From Rebecca billardiae RCC1528 (lineage: Eukaryota; Protista; Haptophyta), in contig OZ251243.1 of the NCBI GenBank assembly GCA_965240325.2, positions 1,054,001 to 1,118,000 of the forward strand: a DNA stretch of 64,000 bases, in the 5' to 3' direction. Position 1 is the stretch's first letter. Each line of letters starts with the position of its first letter. The position numbers and the translations under genes were made by a program. Under the pieces are notes generated by a model that saw only the letters and a list, made by a program, of their open reading frames with translations, made no database searches and was not told the origin of the DNA. Positions 1 through 10,797 of this stretch are shown one piece after another.

Positions 1-347
1 GCCGTCGGGTCCCAGCTGGAAGCCTGCACGGCTTCCGCCGCGGCCGCGGAGGCGGCGCGCCCGTCGCCGCGCAGCAGAGCGGCAAGCAGCTGGTACCGGA
101 GGTGGTCTAGGCGCTCCGAAGCGAAGCGGCCGGGTGGTCGCTCCGCGTAGGTCGCGACGGACGCAAGCTGGACGAGCTCGCCGTGCTGCTCCTCGAGCGC
201 GCGGGAGAGCTGTATTTGCAAGACGCCGCTGCGCGCGGCTTCGCCCAACGCGGCATCGGCGCTTTCGTCGAGGCTGGCGAGCGAGCGGGCGAGCTCCTCG
301 AGGCTGAGGAGGTCCTCATGATGCCGTGCGTTCGGCGATGCGCGCAT
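1..347 (-). CDS. Partial gene running off the left edge; unknown product
   Basis: Minus frame open from about 600 to position 1. First ATG at 347 gives MRASPNARHHEDLLSLEELARSLASLDESADAALGEAARSGVLQIQLSRALEEQHGELVQL... with protein-like composition. Absent from the ORF track because its stop lies outside the window. Confidence 0.5.
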   Translation of the reverse strand, partial: MRASPNARHHEDLLSLEELARSLASLDESADAALGEAARSGVLQIQLSRALEEQHGELVQLASVATYAERPPGRFASERLDHLRYQLLAALLRGDGRAASAAAAEAVQASSWDPT

Positions 348-835
348 CGCTGCGCCCCCCGGCCGCACGACGACTGTGATGTCGGCGCGGGCCCGCTCGG
401 TGGCACTCAAGCTGAAAGCCGCCAAGCCGGCCGCGAGGCAGCCCGCCCGCCAGCTTGTCCACCGAAGCGACCGGACGGGCGAGAGCCGGTGCGAAGTTTC
501 TGCTGGATGAGAACTGAGAACCGCCGGCGAGTTCCGAAGTTGCGCCGGACTTTCGAGCGACGACGGCCGGCGGCGGCCGGCGGACTCCAGCCGTTGGCGT
601 TCACCGTGGTCGTCAGTTGATGCTGACGACTGCTGCTGACTGCCGACGCCGTCGCTGCGGTCATCATCCACGACTTTGCGTCGACAGACACAGTATTTGA
701 CAGTGGTAGTCCAGTAGCAGCCTGGTATATGTCACGACGGTGTCCTGCACACTCACTGGGACGGTGTGACGCCCGGTCGCGGGTCACTCAACAGGCGCGG
801 GTCGGATGGTCATGGTGCCAGCGAGCGTCATGGAT

Positions 836-1415
836 TCACCAGAGGGTTGGCCACGGCCTTAGGCGTCGCGCCTCACCGACACCGGAGTCATCAGCGGGCT
901 CAGCAGCGTGCCGGCGGTGCCACACGCTGGGTCGGGAGCCGCGCGCGGCGCGCCAATGCACGGCCGCAAAGCATGCAAGTGCAGCTCCCAGAAGCAGCGC
1001 AGGCGGCCGGATCCGCCGGTCCAGAGGCACCGCATCCGCCTCGCGCCTTCGCGACGAGCTGGCCGTCCCGGTCCTGCCGAGTCCGGGATGTCGCCGGGGG
1101 CTCGGCTCTGCGCGCGCCCACCAGACCGGCTTGCCGGTGACCCAGAAGGGCGGCGGGGGCGGCATGGATGGGGCCGTTTGTCCGCGCCCGGGTTGTCGCC
1201 GGGGACTTGGAGGTGCGTGCGCCCACCAGACAGGCTTGCCGGTGACCCAGAAAGGCGGCGGGGGCGACCAAGATTGAACTGGCACGGTGGGTGGCGGCGG
1301 CGGCGGCGGCGGGGACGGCGATGGTGGCGGTGGCGGTGGCGGCGATGGGGATGGCGGTGGTGGCTCGGGTGGAGGCTTCGGGCTAGGTGGTGGTGGAGGC
1401 GACGGCGATGGCGGC

Positions 1416-1446
<31 letters not shown>

Positions 1447-1834
1447 GCGGCGGAGGAGGTGACGGTGACGGAGGTGGCGGCTCCGGCGGATAGGGCGGCC
1501 AGAATGGCGGCAGGGGCGGCGATGAGGGCGGCGGCGGGAAGTGGTCGCGCAGCGAGATGCCGGCTGGATCCACGCACGCGCACCGGTGGTAGTGCAGGCA
1601 GCACTCGAAGGGCCGGCAGTGGCACTCGCACGCCTCATCCAACGGCACCGGCGGCCATGGGCCGTTCTCGCAGCCTGGCGCTTTCTCCGCCCACATCAGC
1701 TGCCGCGGCGCGGCCGCCGCTGGGCGCTGCCCTGTCAGCATGCACGTGAGCGCGAGGACACTGGCGAGACGGGCTCTCGCACCCCTGCCGCCAGCGCGGT
1801 GCACAATGGCGCGCGCCCCGGCCACCGCGCCCAT
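836..1834 (-). CDS. Proline-rich, extensin-like (SPPPP) surface protein with Cys-rich N-terminal segment and C-terminal hydrophobic helix
   Basis: ORF 836..1873, likely ATG 1834. Hydrophobic LASVLALTCML, Cys cluster CECHCRPFECCLHYHRCAC, (SPPPPP)n tract, two PPPPFWVTGKPVWWA repeats, TM-like ALLLGAALACFAAVHW. Confidence 0.65.
1083..1267. repeat. Internal tandem duplication (~80-bp unit, 105-bp period) in the proline-rich gene
   Basis: ccggg(a/t)tgtcgccgggg...gcgcccaccagac(c/a)ggcttgccggtgacccagaa(g/a)ggcggcgggggcg at ~1083-1161 and ~1188-1267. Confidence 0.9.
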
Positions 1835-1973
1835 CGTGGCAGGCGGTGGCCGTGAGATGCACAGCTCTTGCAAAAAGGCAAAAGCCGCCGGCGGCGGTTG
1901 GGAGCGGCCGCCGCTCTATGAATTTCATCCTCGGCGCATTTCTCACGCCCGGGATCAAATCGCGCACGTGCAA

Positions 1974-3085
1974 CCAAGGGTGTCCAGGGTCCGCAACAGC
2001 CAGTGCGCAGCGCGGCAGAGGCTGTGACAGAGGCAGGTCGCCGCTCGCCAGTGGGACTCGCCCGCCCGCCGCCCTGCACGGCGGCGGGGCCGCTCGCGCC
2101 GTGCGCTCCTGCGGCCGTCGGATCGGGCTGCGTAGGCGGCGCGCGGCTTGGGCCGTCGGAGAGCCACCCAGCGCCCCTCTCTGCGCCGCGCGCCTTCCTC
2201 GTCCTCGCCTCCTCCGCGCCTTGGAGCAGCACGCACACGCGCGGCGCCGCACAAAGGCAGCCCAGGCGCTCGCGTGCAAGCGTGCGCGCGCGCAGCGCGA
2301 CGGGCTCGACTCGGGGCTCGCGCCGCTGCGGGGGCATGCAGCACCATCACATGCGCGCGCGACGCCACCTCGAGCCTGCGCGTTTGACCGTCAGTGCACG
2401 CTGATGCACGTTACAAAATGGTCTGACTTGGCATCATCACACGTGCGACGGAAGCTTCCACAACGGGCCTTGAGTGCGTCGACGCGATCGATGCGGAGAT
2501 GGTCATGCTTGCGTGCGCTTCTCTTGTGGTCTCCACGCTTGCTGAGAAGCGCCGCGTACGTAGCTGTCATCGTGTCTTGCCTAAGAAGTCGTCCTGACGC
2601 ATGGCAGGTTCTGGTCAGATTGGGCCTACTTCAACACGAGGACGTGTGAGCATTTGGCACGTGACGGTCACAGCGATGCGCAGGCTCGAGGTGGCGTCGC
2701 GCGCGCATGTGATGGTGCTGCATGCCCCCGCAGCGGCGCGAGCCCCGAGTCAAGCCCGTCGCGCTGCGTGCGCGCACGCTTGCACACGAGCGCCTGGGCT
2801 GCCTTTGTGCGGCGCCGCGCGTGTGCGTGCTGCTCCAAGGCGCGGAGGAGGCGAGGACGAGGAAGGCGCGCGGCGCAGAGAGGGGCGCTGGGTGGCTCTG
2901 CGACGGCCCACGCCGCGCGCCGCCTACGCAGCCCGATCCGACGGCCGCAGGAGCGCACGGCGCGAGCGGCCCCGCCGCCGTGCAGGGCGGCGGGCGGGCG
3001 AGTCCCACTGGCGAGCGGCGACCTGCCTCTGTCACAGCCTCTGCCGCGCTGCGCACTGGCTGTTGCGGACCCTGGACACCCTTGG
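1974..3085. mobile_element. Foldback-type non-autonomous element with ~408-bp terminal inverted repeats and TGCAA target-site duplication
   Basis: 1974-2381 is the reverse complement of 2678-3085 with only a handful of substitutions. Ends CCAAGGG...CCCTTGG. TGCAA at 1969-1973 and 3086-3090. Confidence 0.85.
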
Positions 3086-3232
3086 TGCAACGGGCTGGCT
3101 CCCCGAACGGCTCTTCCCGCCCATTTCTTTTCGCTCGAGCGAAATGCGCCCGCAATCCGTGGGGTTGCCATCCGCGACTCCCTCGGAACTACGTTGTAAC
3201 AGTCTATGTACATACGACGGCGCGGTCCGCGC

Positions 3233-4528
3233 CTATTGCAGCGGCAGGCTGCCGACCGATGATGCCACGCCCATCGAGCTCACGCTGAGCTGCCGCCTCG
3301 GCGCGCCCTCCCGCCCCGGACGGCCCGCGCCCAGCGGTCGGAGATCCCGGACGCTCAGCTGCGGCAGCGGCGCCGAGTGCTTGCCGCCGCCCGCTCGGCG
3401 CTGCGCCTGCACGCCCGCCGCGGGCTCGGCCGCAGGCGCGCGTGCGCCCGCCGCCGAGCCGGGTCCCTTGCCGCCGGGCGGGCGCGCGCGTCCGCACAGC
3501 CCGAGCGGCGGCTCTGCCTCGGCCGGCACGAGATCGAACGCAATCCGCATGGCGACTGGCAGCACGCATGCCCACAGGATGGCGGCGGCGGCGAGCGCGA
3601 GCAGGACGGCGCGCGCACGGGTGTCGCGCCAGCGGGACTCGCGCAGCGGCGGCGAGCTGAGCGCGAGCGCGAGCGACACGCCGACGGACACCACGCGCAC
3701 GGGCGCGTACACGCGGTATGGCACGACGCGTGCGTCACACGTGAGGGCGTGCCAGCGCGCGAACACGAGGGGCGGCGAGTTGCGAGCGCCGACCAGCGTG
3801 CTGCTGCGCAGCGGCGCACCGGTGGCGCGGTGGTCGCGCGCGAGGAGCGCGGACCAGCCGAGCCACTCGAGCGCCAGCAGCGCGAGCACGCTCCCGATCC
3901 CGCGGTACGCGCCGAGCAGGGCGAGCGAGAGGGCCCTCAGGCAGACCTCCGCCAGCCGAGCCGCCGCGAGCCAGACGGTGTACCCGGGGAGCCAGCCGCG
4001 CACGTACTGGCGGGCGCGGGGCTCCTCGTCCATCTCGGCGGCGACGAGCGCCCAGCTCACGCTGAGCATGGAGCTCGCGAGCGACGCGCCGAGCACGCGC
4101 TGCTGCGCCGCGGTCCACGCGCGCGCGCCCGCAGAGAGCGCCGCCGTCGCCTGCAGGATCGATTGCGGCATCGCCTCGACGACGGCCTCGACCAGCCGCG
4201 CGTAGCCGAGTGCCTCGAGCTTGAAGCCGGCCCGGAGCGAGCGGATCGCGTGCACGAGGATGTTTACGCCGGGCACCGCCGTCACGGCGGTCATCCACCA
4301 GGCGCTCGAGTCGCTGTGCGCGTAGATGGCCGTGAGCGCGCCGCCGCCCAGAATCACAGACGCGGTGACGGCAAAGAAGCCCCACTGCTCGGCCGCGGCG
4401 AAGCGGAGGAGCATCGTCAGGTCGAGTGCGACATCGACGAGCGCCAGGCCTGTGCCCACGACGAGCAGCGTCCGGCTCGTCCGCGACTCGAGCCTGAAGT
4501 GCGCGCGCGGGTCCAACACGTCCGCCAT
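3233..4528 (-). CDS. XK-related membrane protein (putative phospholipid scramblase family)
   Basis: ATG 4528 (MADVLDPR). DVALDL in the first helices, EAVVEAMPQSILQ (XK E-x-x-PQ-x-x-LQ motif), SLASSMLSVSW, AEVCLRALSLALL; multiple TM segments. Confidence 0.75.
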   Translation of the reverse strand: MADVLDPRAHFRLESRTSRTLLVVGTGLALVDVALDLTMLLRFAAAEQWGFFAVTASVILGGGALTAIYAHSDSSAWWMTAVTAVPGVNILVHAIRSLRAGFKLEALGYARLVEAVVEAMPQSILQATAALSAGARAWTAAQQRVLGASLASSMLSVSWALVAAEMDEEPRARQYVRGWLPGYTVWLAAARLAEVCLRALSLALLGAYRGIGSVLALLALEWLGWSALLARDHRATGAPLRSSTLVGARNSPPLVFARWHALTCDARVVPYRVYAPVRVVSVGVSLALALSSPPLRESRWRDTRARAVLLALAAAAILWACVLPVAMRIAFDLVPAEAEPPLGLCGRARPPGGKGPGSAAGARAPAAEPAAGVQAQRRAGGGKHSAPLPQLSVRDLRPLGAGRPGREGAPRRQLSVSSMGVASSVGSLPLQ

Positions 4529-4673
4529 TGTTTTTTGTGAGTGGTGAAGTGAGAAGTCTGGCCCTTGCTGGAGTCCGCCATTGCCTCCGGTCGCAGGAGT
4601 CATCGACCGGACTCGACCACAAGGACTCGCTTGACGGGACGAGCGCGGCGGCGGCGGCTTGTGCAGCGGCGCC

Positions 4674-6435
4674 ATGGTGCTCGAAGGTGCGGCGCGCTTG
4701 CGCGCCGTGCGGCCGCGCCGCCTCTCCCGCGCGCGCGAATCGTCGCGTGCATGCGCCGTCCGCGCCGCCCAGCCGCGCTCACCGTCCTACCCCTGCCGCG
4801 CGCGCGGCCGGCGCCGGCGCGCGCAGCGACAATGGTGTTGCTGGACACGAGCGAGTACATGCGCAATGGCGACTACCCGCCGTCGCGGCTCGAGGCGCAG
4901 TCGGACGCGCTCAACCTGATCGGCGGCGCCAAGACGCAGTCCAACCCGGAGAACAGCGTCGGCGTGCTCACGACCGGCGCCAAGGGCGTCGAGGTGCTTG
5001 TCACGCTCACATCCGACATCGGCAAGATCCTCGGCTGCTCGGCGCACATCAAGGCGGGCGGCGCGGCGAGCCTGATGGCGGGGATCCAGGTGGCGCAGCT
5101 CGCGCTGAAGCACAGGCAGAACAAGAACCAGCGCCAGCGCGTCATCGCCTTCGTCGGCTCGCCCGTCAAGGAGGACGAGAGCACGCTCGTGAAGCTCGCC
5201 AAGAAGCTGAAGAAGAACGCTGTGGCCGTCGACATTGTGAACTTCGGCGAGGAGGCGGAGAACGCGGCGAAGCTCGAGGCGTTCATCAACGCGGTGAACA
5301 ACGACGACAACTCGCACCTCGTCACCGTGCCGCCCGGCCCGCACATCCTCTCGGACATTCTGATCTCGTCGCCAATCGTCTCTGGAGGCGGCGGCGGCGG
5401 CGACGCGGCGATGGCGGGCGGCGGCGGCGGCGGCGGAGGCGGAGGCGGCGGCGACGCGTTCGCCGAGTTCGGCGTCGACCCGTCGATGGACCCCGAGTTC
5501 GCCTGGGCCCTGCGCGTGTCGATGGAGGAGGAGCGCCAGCGCCAGGAGGCTGAGGCGAAGGCGCGCGCCACCGCGGCGGCTCCGGGCGCGGATGCCGCGC
5601 CGTCGGCCGGCGGTGCTGAGGGCGCGCCGGCGGCAGCAGCCGCGGGCGGCGGCGAGGATGCGGCGATGGTGGACGCCGATGACGAGGCTGCGCTCCTCGA
5701 GGCGGCCATCGCGATGTCGATGGCCAACGACGCCGCTGCCGCCGCCGCCGGGGCGGGCGCGCCGAACGCGGCAGGCGGCGGCGGCGGCGGCGGCGGCGCG
5801 CAGCGCGCTGCCACGGGCGGCGGCGATGCGGAGATGGCGGATGCCGAGGACGACGACGAGGCGCTGCAGGCAGCGATCGCGATGTCCGTGGCAGGCAGCG
5901 ACCGGCCAAAGGCAGAGGCCGCCGGGGGCTCTTCGGGGCCGCAACCAGCAGCAGAACAGCAGGTGCGTGCGAGACACTCGCGCGCGCTCGCTGGCGCGTG
6001 TCCCGCGTGTGCGCCTGGAGGGCACACCACACCACACGGCGCGGCTGCGGCGCCGCAGCGCGTCACAGACGAGCAGCGGGGGGAGCGCCCACGCGAAGTC
6101 ACCGCCGCGCGCACTGCGTGCGCTCCCGTCGCCCGTGCGCGCAGGACAACGCGGCGCTGCTGCAGGACCCAGCCTTCGTGCAGTCTGTGCTCGGATCGCT
6201 GCCAGGTGCGCGCGCCGCGCCGCGCTGCGTCGTGCACCCCGCGGCCGCCGCGCGCGCGGCGCGTGGCCGCTGACACTCGCTCGCCGTCGTCCCCGCGTGC
6301 GCATCCGCGCGGCACGCCGTTGTGCTGGGCGCGTGCGCAGGCGTCGATGTGAACGACCCGCGCATCCAGGCCGCGCTCGCGAAGAAGAAGGACGGCGACG
6401 GCGACGACAAGACCCAGGGCGGCGGCGGCAAGTGA
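4674..6435 (+). CDS. RPN10: 26S proteasome regulatory subunit RPN10/PSMD4 (VWA + UIMs), 4 exons
   Basis: Exons 4674-4686, 4827-5962, 6145-6205, 6341-6435 with GT..AG introns give [71 protein letters not shown], two more UIM-like segments and [22 protein letters not shown]. Confidence 0.97.
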
Positions 6436-6925
6436 GGCGCGCACGCCGAGTGCGCAGCCGGCACCGGTCGGTCGCTGGGTCGCCAAGCCGCTGCAGCCTC
6501 AGCTGCATGGGCCGAGCCCGCGCCGAGATCAGCAGGCGGGGTTTCGCCCAAGCTTCGGATGACCGGCTGCTGCGGCCGACGCGTCACCGGTCTGCCGTGC
6601 CGGGCCGCCCACGCTGTAGCCCGCGCCGGCGAATCGCCTGCGAGCCCTAAACGGCCCGCCGGATTTCTGAGCAGACCCGGCGGCGTCGAAAGGGCCCGAA
6701 CCGTCACTAGCACGCCTGGCTGGTGAACTCACTGGTGATGACCAGGTCCCGCGGCCGACTCGCCGCCGCGCGCCCGCCGGGCCGCGGCCCCGTCAGCGCG
6801 GCCCGCATCGGACTCTGGGGATCTGGCGCCGGAGTGACGCCGGCGGCCGGACGGCCCGGCGTGATCAACGCGCACTACGACTCGTGACGTCGCCGCACGA
6901 CGTCGACGAAGAACCGGAATATCTT

Positions 6926-6968
<43 letters not shown>
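6926..6968. repeat. (TA)n microsatellite
   Basis: Directly visible TA run. Confidence 0.95.
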
Positions 6969-7286
6969 GCATAGTGTGACTCGTCCGAGCTTCAGCTACT
7001 GGTCGCGGGACCCGTAGCTCAGACCGTGCTCAGATAGTATTTTAATTAATAATAAGTGCGATGAAGCAGACAGTCGTATCTAGGATTCTAGCTATAGTCG
7101 CGTGATCCGCCTTCGTCGGAGCGGTCCGGGGTCGGGGAAGCAGTAGACCGTAGTTAGTGACGATGCTCGAGTCCTCGTCACCGAGGACTATACGATGTAT
7201 CGGCACTAGCCACTACTCTACTCTCTCAGTCTCAGATCGATCGCGATCGATGATCTCGATCTACAGCTCTCTTTCTATCATCTCAC

Positions 7287-7289
<3 letters not shown>

Positions 7290-7335
<46 letters not shown>

Positions 7336-7351
7336 AGCTCTCTCTCTCTCT
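7290..7351. repeat. (CT)n microsatellite
   Basis: Directly visible CT run. Confidence 0.95.
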
Positions 7352-8231
7352 AGCTGCTAGTTACGCGTCTCTCTCTCGATCAAAATCGTGCTGATGATCG
7401 TGTCTGCTGGCTCTGCTCTCTGACTCTATTCTCACTTCTAGCTAGCCGTGATCTACTCCGCTAAGCTAGTTAGCCTACAGGCAATCGCGGGCAACAAGGA
7501 GCTGTCACGTTAAGAAGCTGGGGCTTACTATCTGCGGATCTGGCCTAGAAAATGAGACTAGCGATTGGCTGGTTCGCTACAGCACAGGCTTCCCACTAAG
7601 AAAGCGAGACTACGCGTACGTCCTCAGCCGGTGGCCGGCAGCCGGCCGGCAGCCGCTCCGCGGCGGCGCGCGGTGCGGCGCGCGCCCAGCCTGGACTCCA
7701 AGTCACGTCATCATCAGCGCCCTTCTGACCAGTGGCAGTGCGCCGGCATCCTGCAACATATACTTGCGTGATAATGCCATTGATTTGCTTCAAAGGTGCC
7801 CATCAAGTAATAATGTTTTCAGTTCGACGTCAAAATCTTCGCCTTCGGCCTCTCCGGCCGGGCCTAAAGGCTAAAGAAAGCCTCAGCCAGGGGGCTCTGC
7901 CCCCCGCGCTGCGCCCCGGGCCGCCCGCGCTGCTGCTGCCCGCTGCGAGGCGGGCGCGCGGACCTATAATAATATATATATATATATACTTATTATTATT
8001 ATATATATTTAACGACGTGGCAGCATCGGACAAGCGTCAGGCTCAGAGTGCAACAGACACATAGAATGCGTCCGCGCCTTCCGTCCAGGTCAGACAGTGC
8101 GCCACCCGCAGCCCTGCCCCCCTACGGGAGCGGGGCCGGGATGGAGCACCGCCTCGGCCTGGGGCACGCGGCGGCGACGGCAGATGCCGCCGCGGCCGAG
8201 CGCCGAGTCCCGAGCACTTGGATGAGCCCGC

Positions 8232-8520
8232 CATGAGGGTGAGGTCGTAGTCGATGTCGCCGCCCGCCGACCTAGCGGCGAGCAGCTCCGGCAAGCGGCA
8301 GCCGCGGCTGTCGCCCCCGTGCGCCCGCGTGGGCGCCTGGATGAGGATGAGGTCGTAGTACGCGTCGCCGCGCGCCGGCCAAGCGGCGCGCAGCTGCACG
8401 GAAGAGGGGCTTATTGGCCTTGGAGAGTGAGCGCGCCGCCTAGCGCGCTCTGGGCGATGAAGCAGATGAGGTGGTAGTCGATGTCGCAGCCCGGCCCGCC
8501 GGCGGGCTGCTGCAGATGCA
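8232..8520 (-). repeat. Three degenerate ~115-bp repeats with coding-like core (GDIDYDL.L); possible pseudogene fragment
   Basis: Minus-strand cores translate GDIDYDLTLM, GDAYYDLILI and CDIDYHLICF in different frames, separated by a stop. Confidence 0.5.
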
Positions 8521-8674
8521 TGCAGTGCTTGATGCTGGGGAACCTGGCCCCTGGGCGCGTCACACCCCGCACTATATATAAGTATAATTTTGACTGAGCG
8601 GGCGCGGGATGCGGGCGAGCCACGGTCACGGACGCGGACTCGTCGGAGCCGCGGTGCGCTGCATCACGCGCGAC

Positions 8675-9535
8675 CTACCGTCGCGCGTGATGACTCTGAC
8701 TCTGATCATCGGTGGACCCTGCTCGTCGTGGCGACGCTGCGTGCCGATGAGAGTGGTGGTCGTGATGCCGGTCGCGCCGCGCCGCTGGCTTGGGCCACCG
8801 CCAAGCTGTCGGCTTGCCTCCAGGAGCGGCGGCGGACTGCTGCTCGCGCAGCTCGCGCAGCAGCGCGTCTGGTCGCCTGAGTCCGACGGTGCGCTCGGCG
8901 AGCGACGATTCTGCCTCGGCGCCTTGCGCTCTGCGCAGGGCATTCACCACCATGGCCACCTTCTTGCGCATGTACGCATGCAGCGATTGGTCGGTCACGT
9001 AGAACCAGTTGGAGAGGGAGTGCTGCCGGTCGAGGCGCGTCACGGTTGCGGTGAGCTGCAGCTGCGCGTGCTCCGCGCTCGTGAGCACGTACGCGAACAC
9101 CGAGTTGAGGCAGTGCGAGTTGATCCCGTCGAACGCGGAGTCGTCGAAGATCTCCTCCACGATGCCGGCGAACAGAAGGTCCGAGGCGTTCCGCGCTAGG
9201 CCGAATTCCGAGCGCAGCTTGCGCACGGCGCACTCGTACAGGCCTTCGTTCTTGAGGAGGCGGCCGCCGAGGGAGTACCACACGCCCTGCACAGGCTTGT
9301 TCGTCCGCTTGAACAGCAGGGTCATGTCTTTGGCCGGATTCATGAGCAACACGTCGCACGTAGGGATCGGCATGTTCTGCAGAACGGAGCGATAGAGCTC
9401 GTCGCTCATGACGGACTTTCCGCCGCCCGCGGGCAGATCGGCGAGCCGTTCTGCCTGCTGGTGGTGCAGGAGGACGAGCGCCGCCAGCACAAGGGCGGCC
9501 AGCACCCACGCAACGTGAGAGCGCATCAACCGCAT
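8675..9535 (-). CDS. Nudix hydrolase, GDP-mannose mannosyl hydrolase (Gmm/NudD)-like, with N-terminal signal anchor
   Basis: PIPTCDVLLMN..LLFKRTNKPVQGVWYSLGGRLLKNEGLYECAVRKLRSEFGL resembles Gmm ([24 protein letters not shown]..AELGL). SHCL at the catalytic His position. N-terminal VAWVLAALVLAALVLL. Confidence 0.8.
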   Translation of the reverse strand: MRLMRSHVAWVLAALVLAALVLLHHQQAERLADLPAGGGKSVMSDELYRSVLQNMPIPTCDVLLMNPAKDMTLLFKRTNKPVQGVWYSLGGRLLKNEGLYECAVRKLRSEFGLARNASDLLFAGIVEEIFDDSAFDGINSHCLNSVFAYVLTSAEHAQLQLTATVTRLDRQHSLSNWFYVTDQSLHAYMRKKVAMVVNALRRAQGAEAESSLAERTVGLRRPDALLRELREQQSAAAPGGKPTAWRWPKPAARRDRHHDHHSHRHAASPRRAGSTDDQSQSHHARR

Positions 9536-9701
9536 CGTCACGCTCTACTCTCTGGGGAGGCCCGCCATCGCAGCGCGCGGCGACTTCGGTCGGACCGTCC
9601 CGGTCGGAGCGGCAACAGGACTGCTGTCGGAGAGTCTGGTTTGTGTTCGCCGTTGGCCAGCGCCAGGCTACGACGGGGCGAGGCAAGGCGAGGCGGGCGG
9701 G

Positions 9702-10412
9702 ATGAGTGCGCGCGTCGAGAGCGCCGCGTTCCAGAACGTGACTACGGAGAATGCGACCAAATACTGGGGCGCGGTCGACGCGACGGTCGACGGCGTCCTC
9801 GGTGGCTACGGCGTCATCTCCTCCTCCGACGCAGACAGCAGCATCGCCTTCGCCAAGCAGTTCCTTGGTGAGACGGAGGTGGGCCGCGCGCTCGACTGCG
9901 GCGCGGGCATTGGGCGCGTGACACGCGAGGTGCTGGTCAAGCTCGCGCACAAGGTGGACCTTGTCGAGCTCGTGCCAAAGTACATCGAGCAGGCCCGACT
10001 GGAGCTCGCCGGCCAGCCGCGCGTGGGCGACTTCTTCACGTCGTCGTTGCAGGCGTTCTCGCCGGCACAAGGGCACTATGACCTGATCTGGATCCAGTGG
10101 GTGATCGGCCACTTGACGGACTCGGAGTTCGTCGACTTCCTGCGGCGCTGCGCGCGCGGCCTCCGCCCAGGCGGCTGGATCATGCTCAAGGACAACAACG
10201 CCTCCCCCAAGGAGCCTGGGCTGGTCGACGGCCATTACCTGGTCGACGAGGACGACCACTCGGTGATGCGCACCAACAGCCTGGTGAAGGGGCTGATCGA
10301 CGAGGCCGGCCTCGAGCTCGTGAAGGAGACGCGGCAGACGCGATTCCCGCAGGAGCTGTGCACTGTGCGGATGTACGCCCTCAAGCCCAGCCCTGCCCAC
10401 ACCCAGCCGTGA
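9702..10412 (+). CDS. NTMT1: Alpha-N-terminal protein methyltransferase 1 (NTMT1/Tae1 family)
   Basis: YW..VDATVDGVLGGY, ALDCGAGIGRVT, YDLIWIQWVIGHLTD, LKDN, DEDDHSVMR, FPQELCTVRMYALKP. Confidence 0.95.
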   Translation: MSARVESAAFQNVTTENATKYWGAVDATVDGVLGGYGVISSSDADSSIAFAKQFLGETEVGRALDCGAGIGRVTREVLVKLAHKVDLVELVPKYIEQARLELAGQPRVGDFFTSSLQAFSPAQGHYDLIWIQWVIGHLTDSEFVDFLRRCARGLRPGGWIMLKDNNASPKEPGLVDGHYLVDEDDHSVMRTNSLVKGLIDEAGLELVKETRQTRFPQELCTVRMYALKPSPAHTQP

Positions 10413-10797
10413 GCTGGGCTCTGCCGTGCCTCGGCGCCTGGGGAGGCAACCAATTCTGAACCATGTGCCCGCGGCTGCACGAGTGACGAGGCGGCTGCGT
10501 CGTGCCGTGGCGATGCCCCCCCGCCCCCGGCTGTGGAGGGGCAGGACGTCTTCGGGGCACGCCGGTGCCCAGGATCAGCAGCCGTACGCGCTTGCGTGGA
10601 CTACCTCGTCCGTTGTCGCCGTCTGCAGGCGTCCGGTCCGGCGGCCACGCAGCTTGGCACCGCCGGCAGGTAGTGAGGTCCTGTCACTCGGTCGTCAGCA
10701 TCATCACTGCTGATCTTATTTGCTGATTATTACTCTTTAGCCGGCGCGCTTGCCTCGTCCGACTCGGCCGGGTTTATAGTCCGCCTATCGCACGCGC

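Noticed and set aside
1846-3288. Several mirror-image ORFs of 130-270 aa
   Set aside because: They arise from the two arms of the GC-rich inverted repeat and show no protein motifs.
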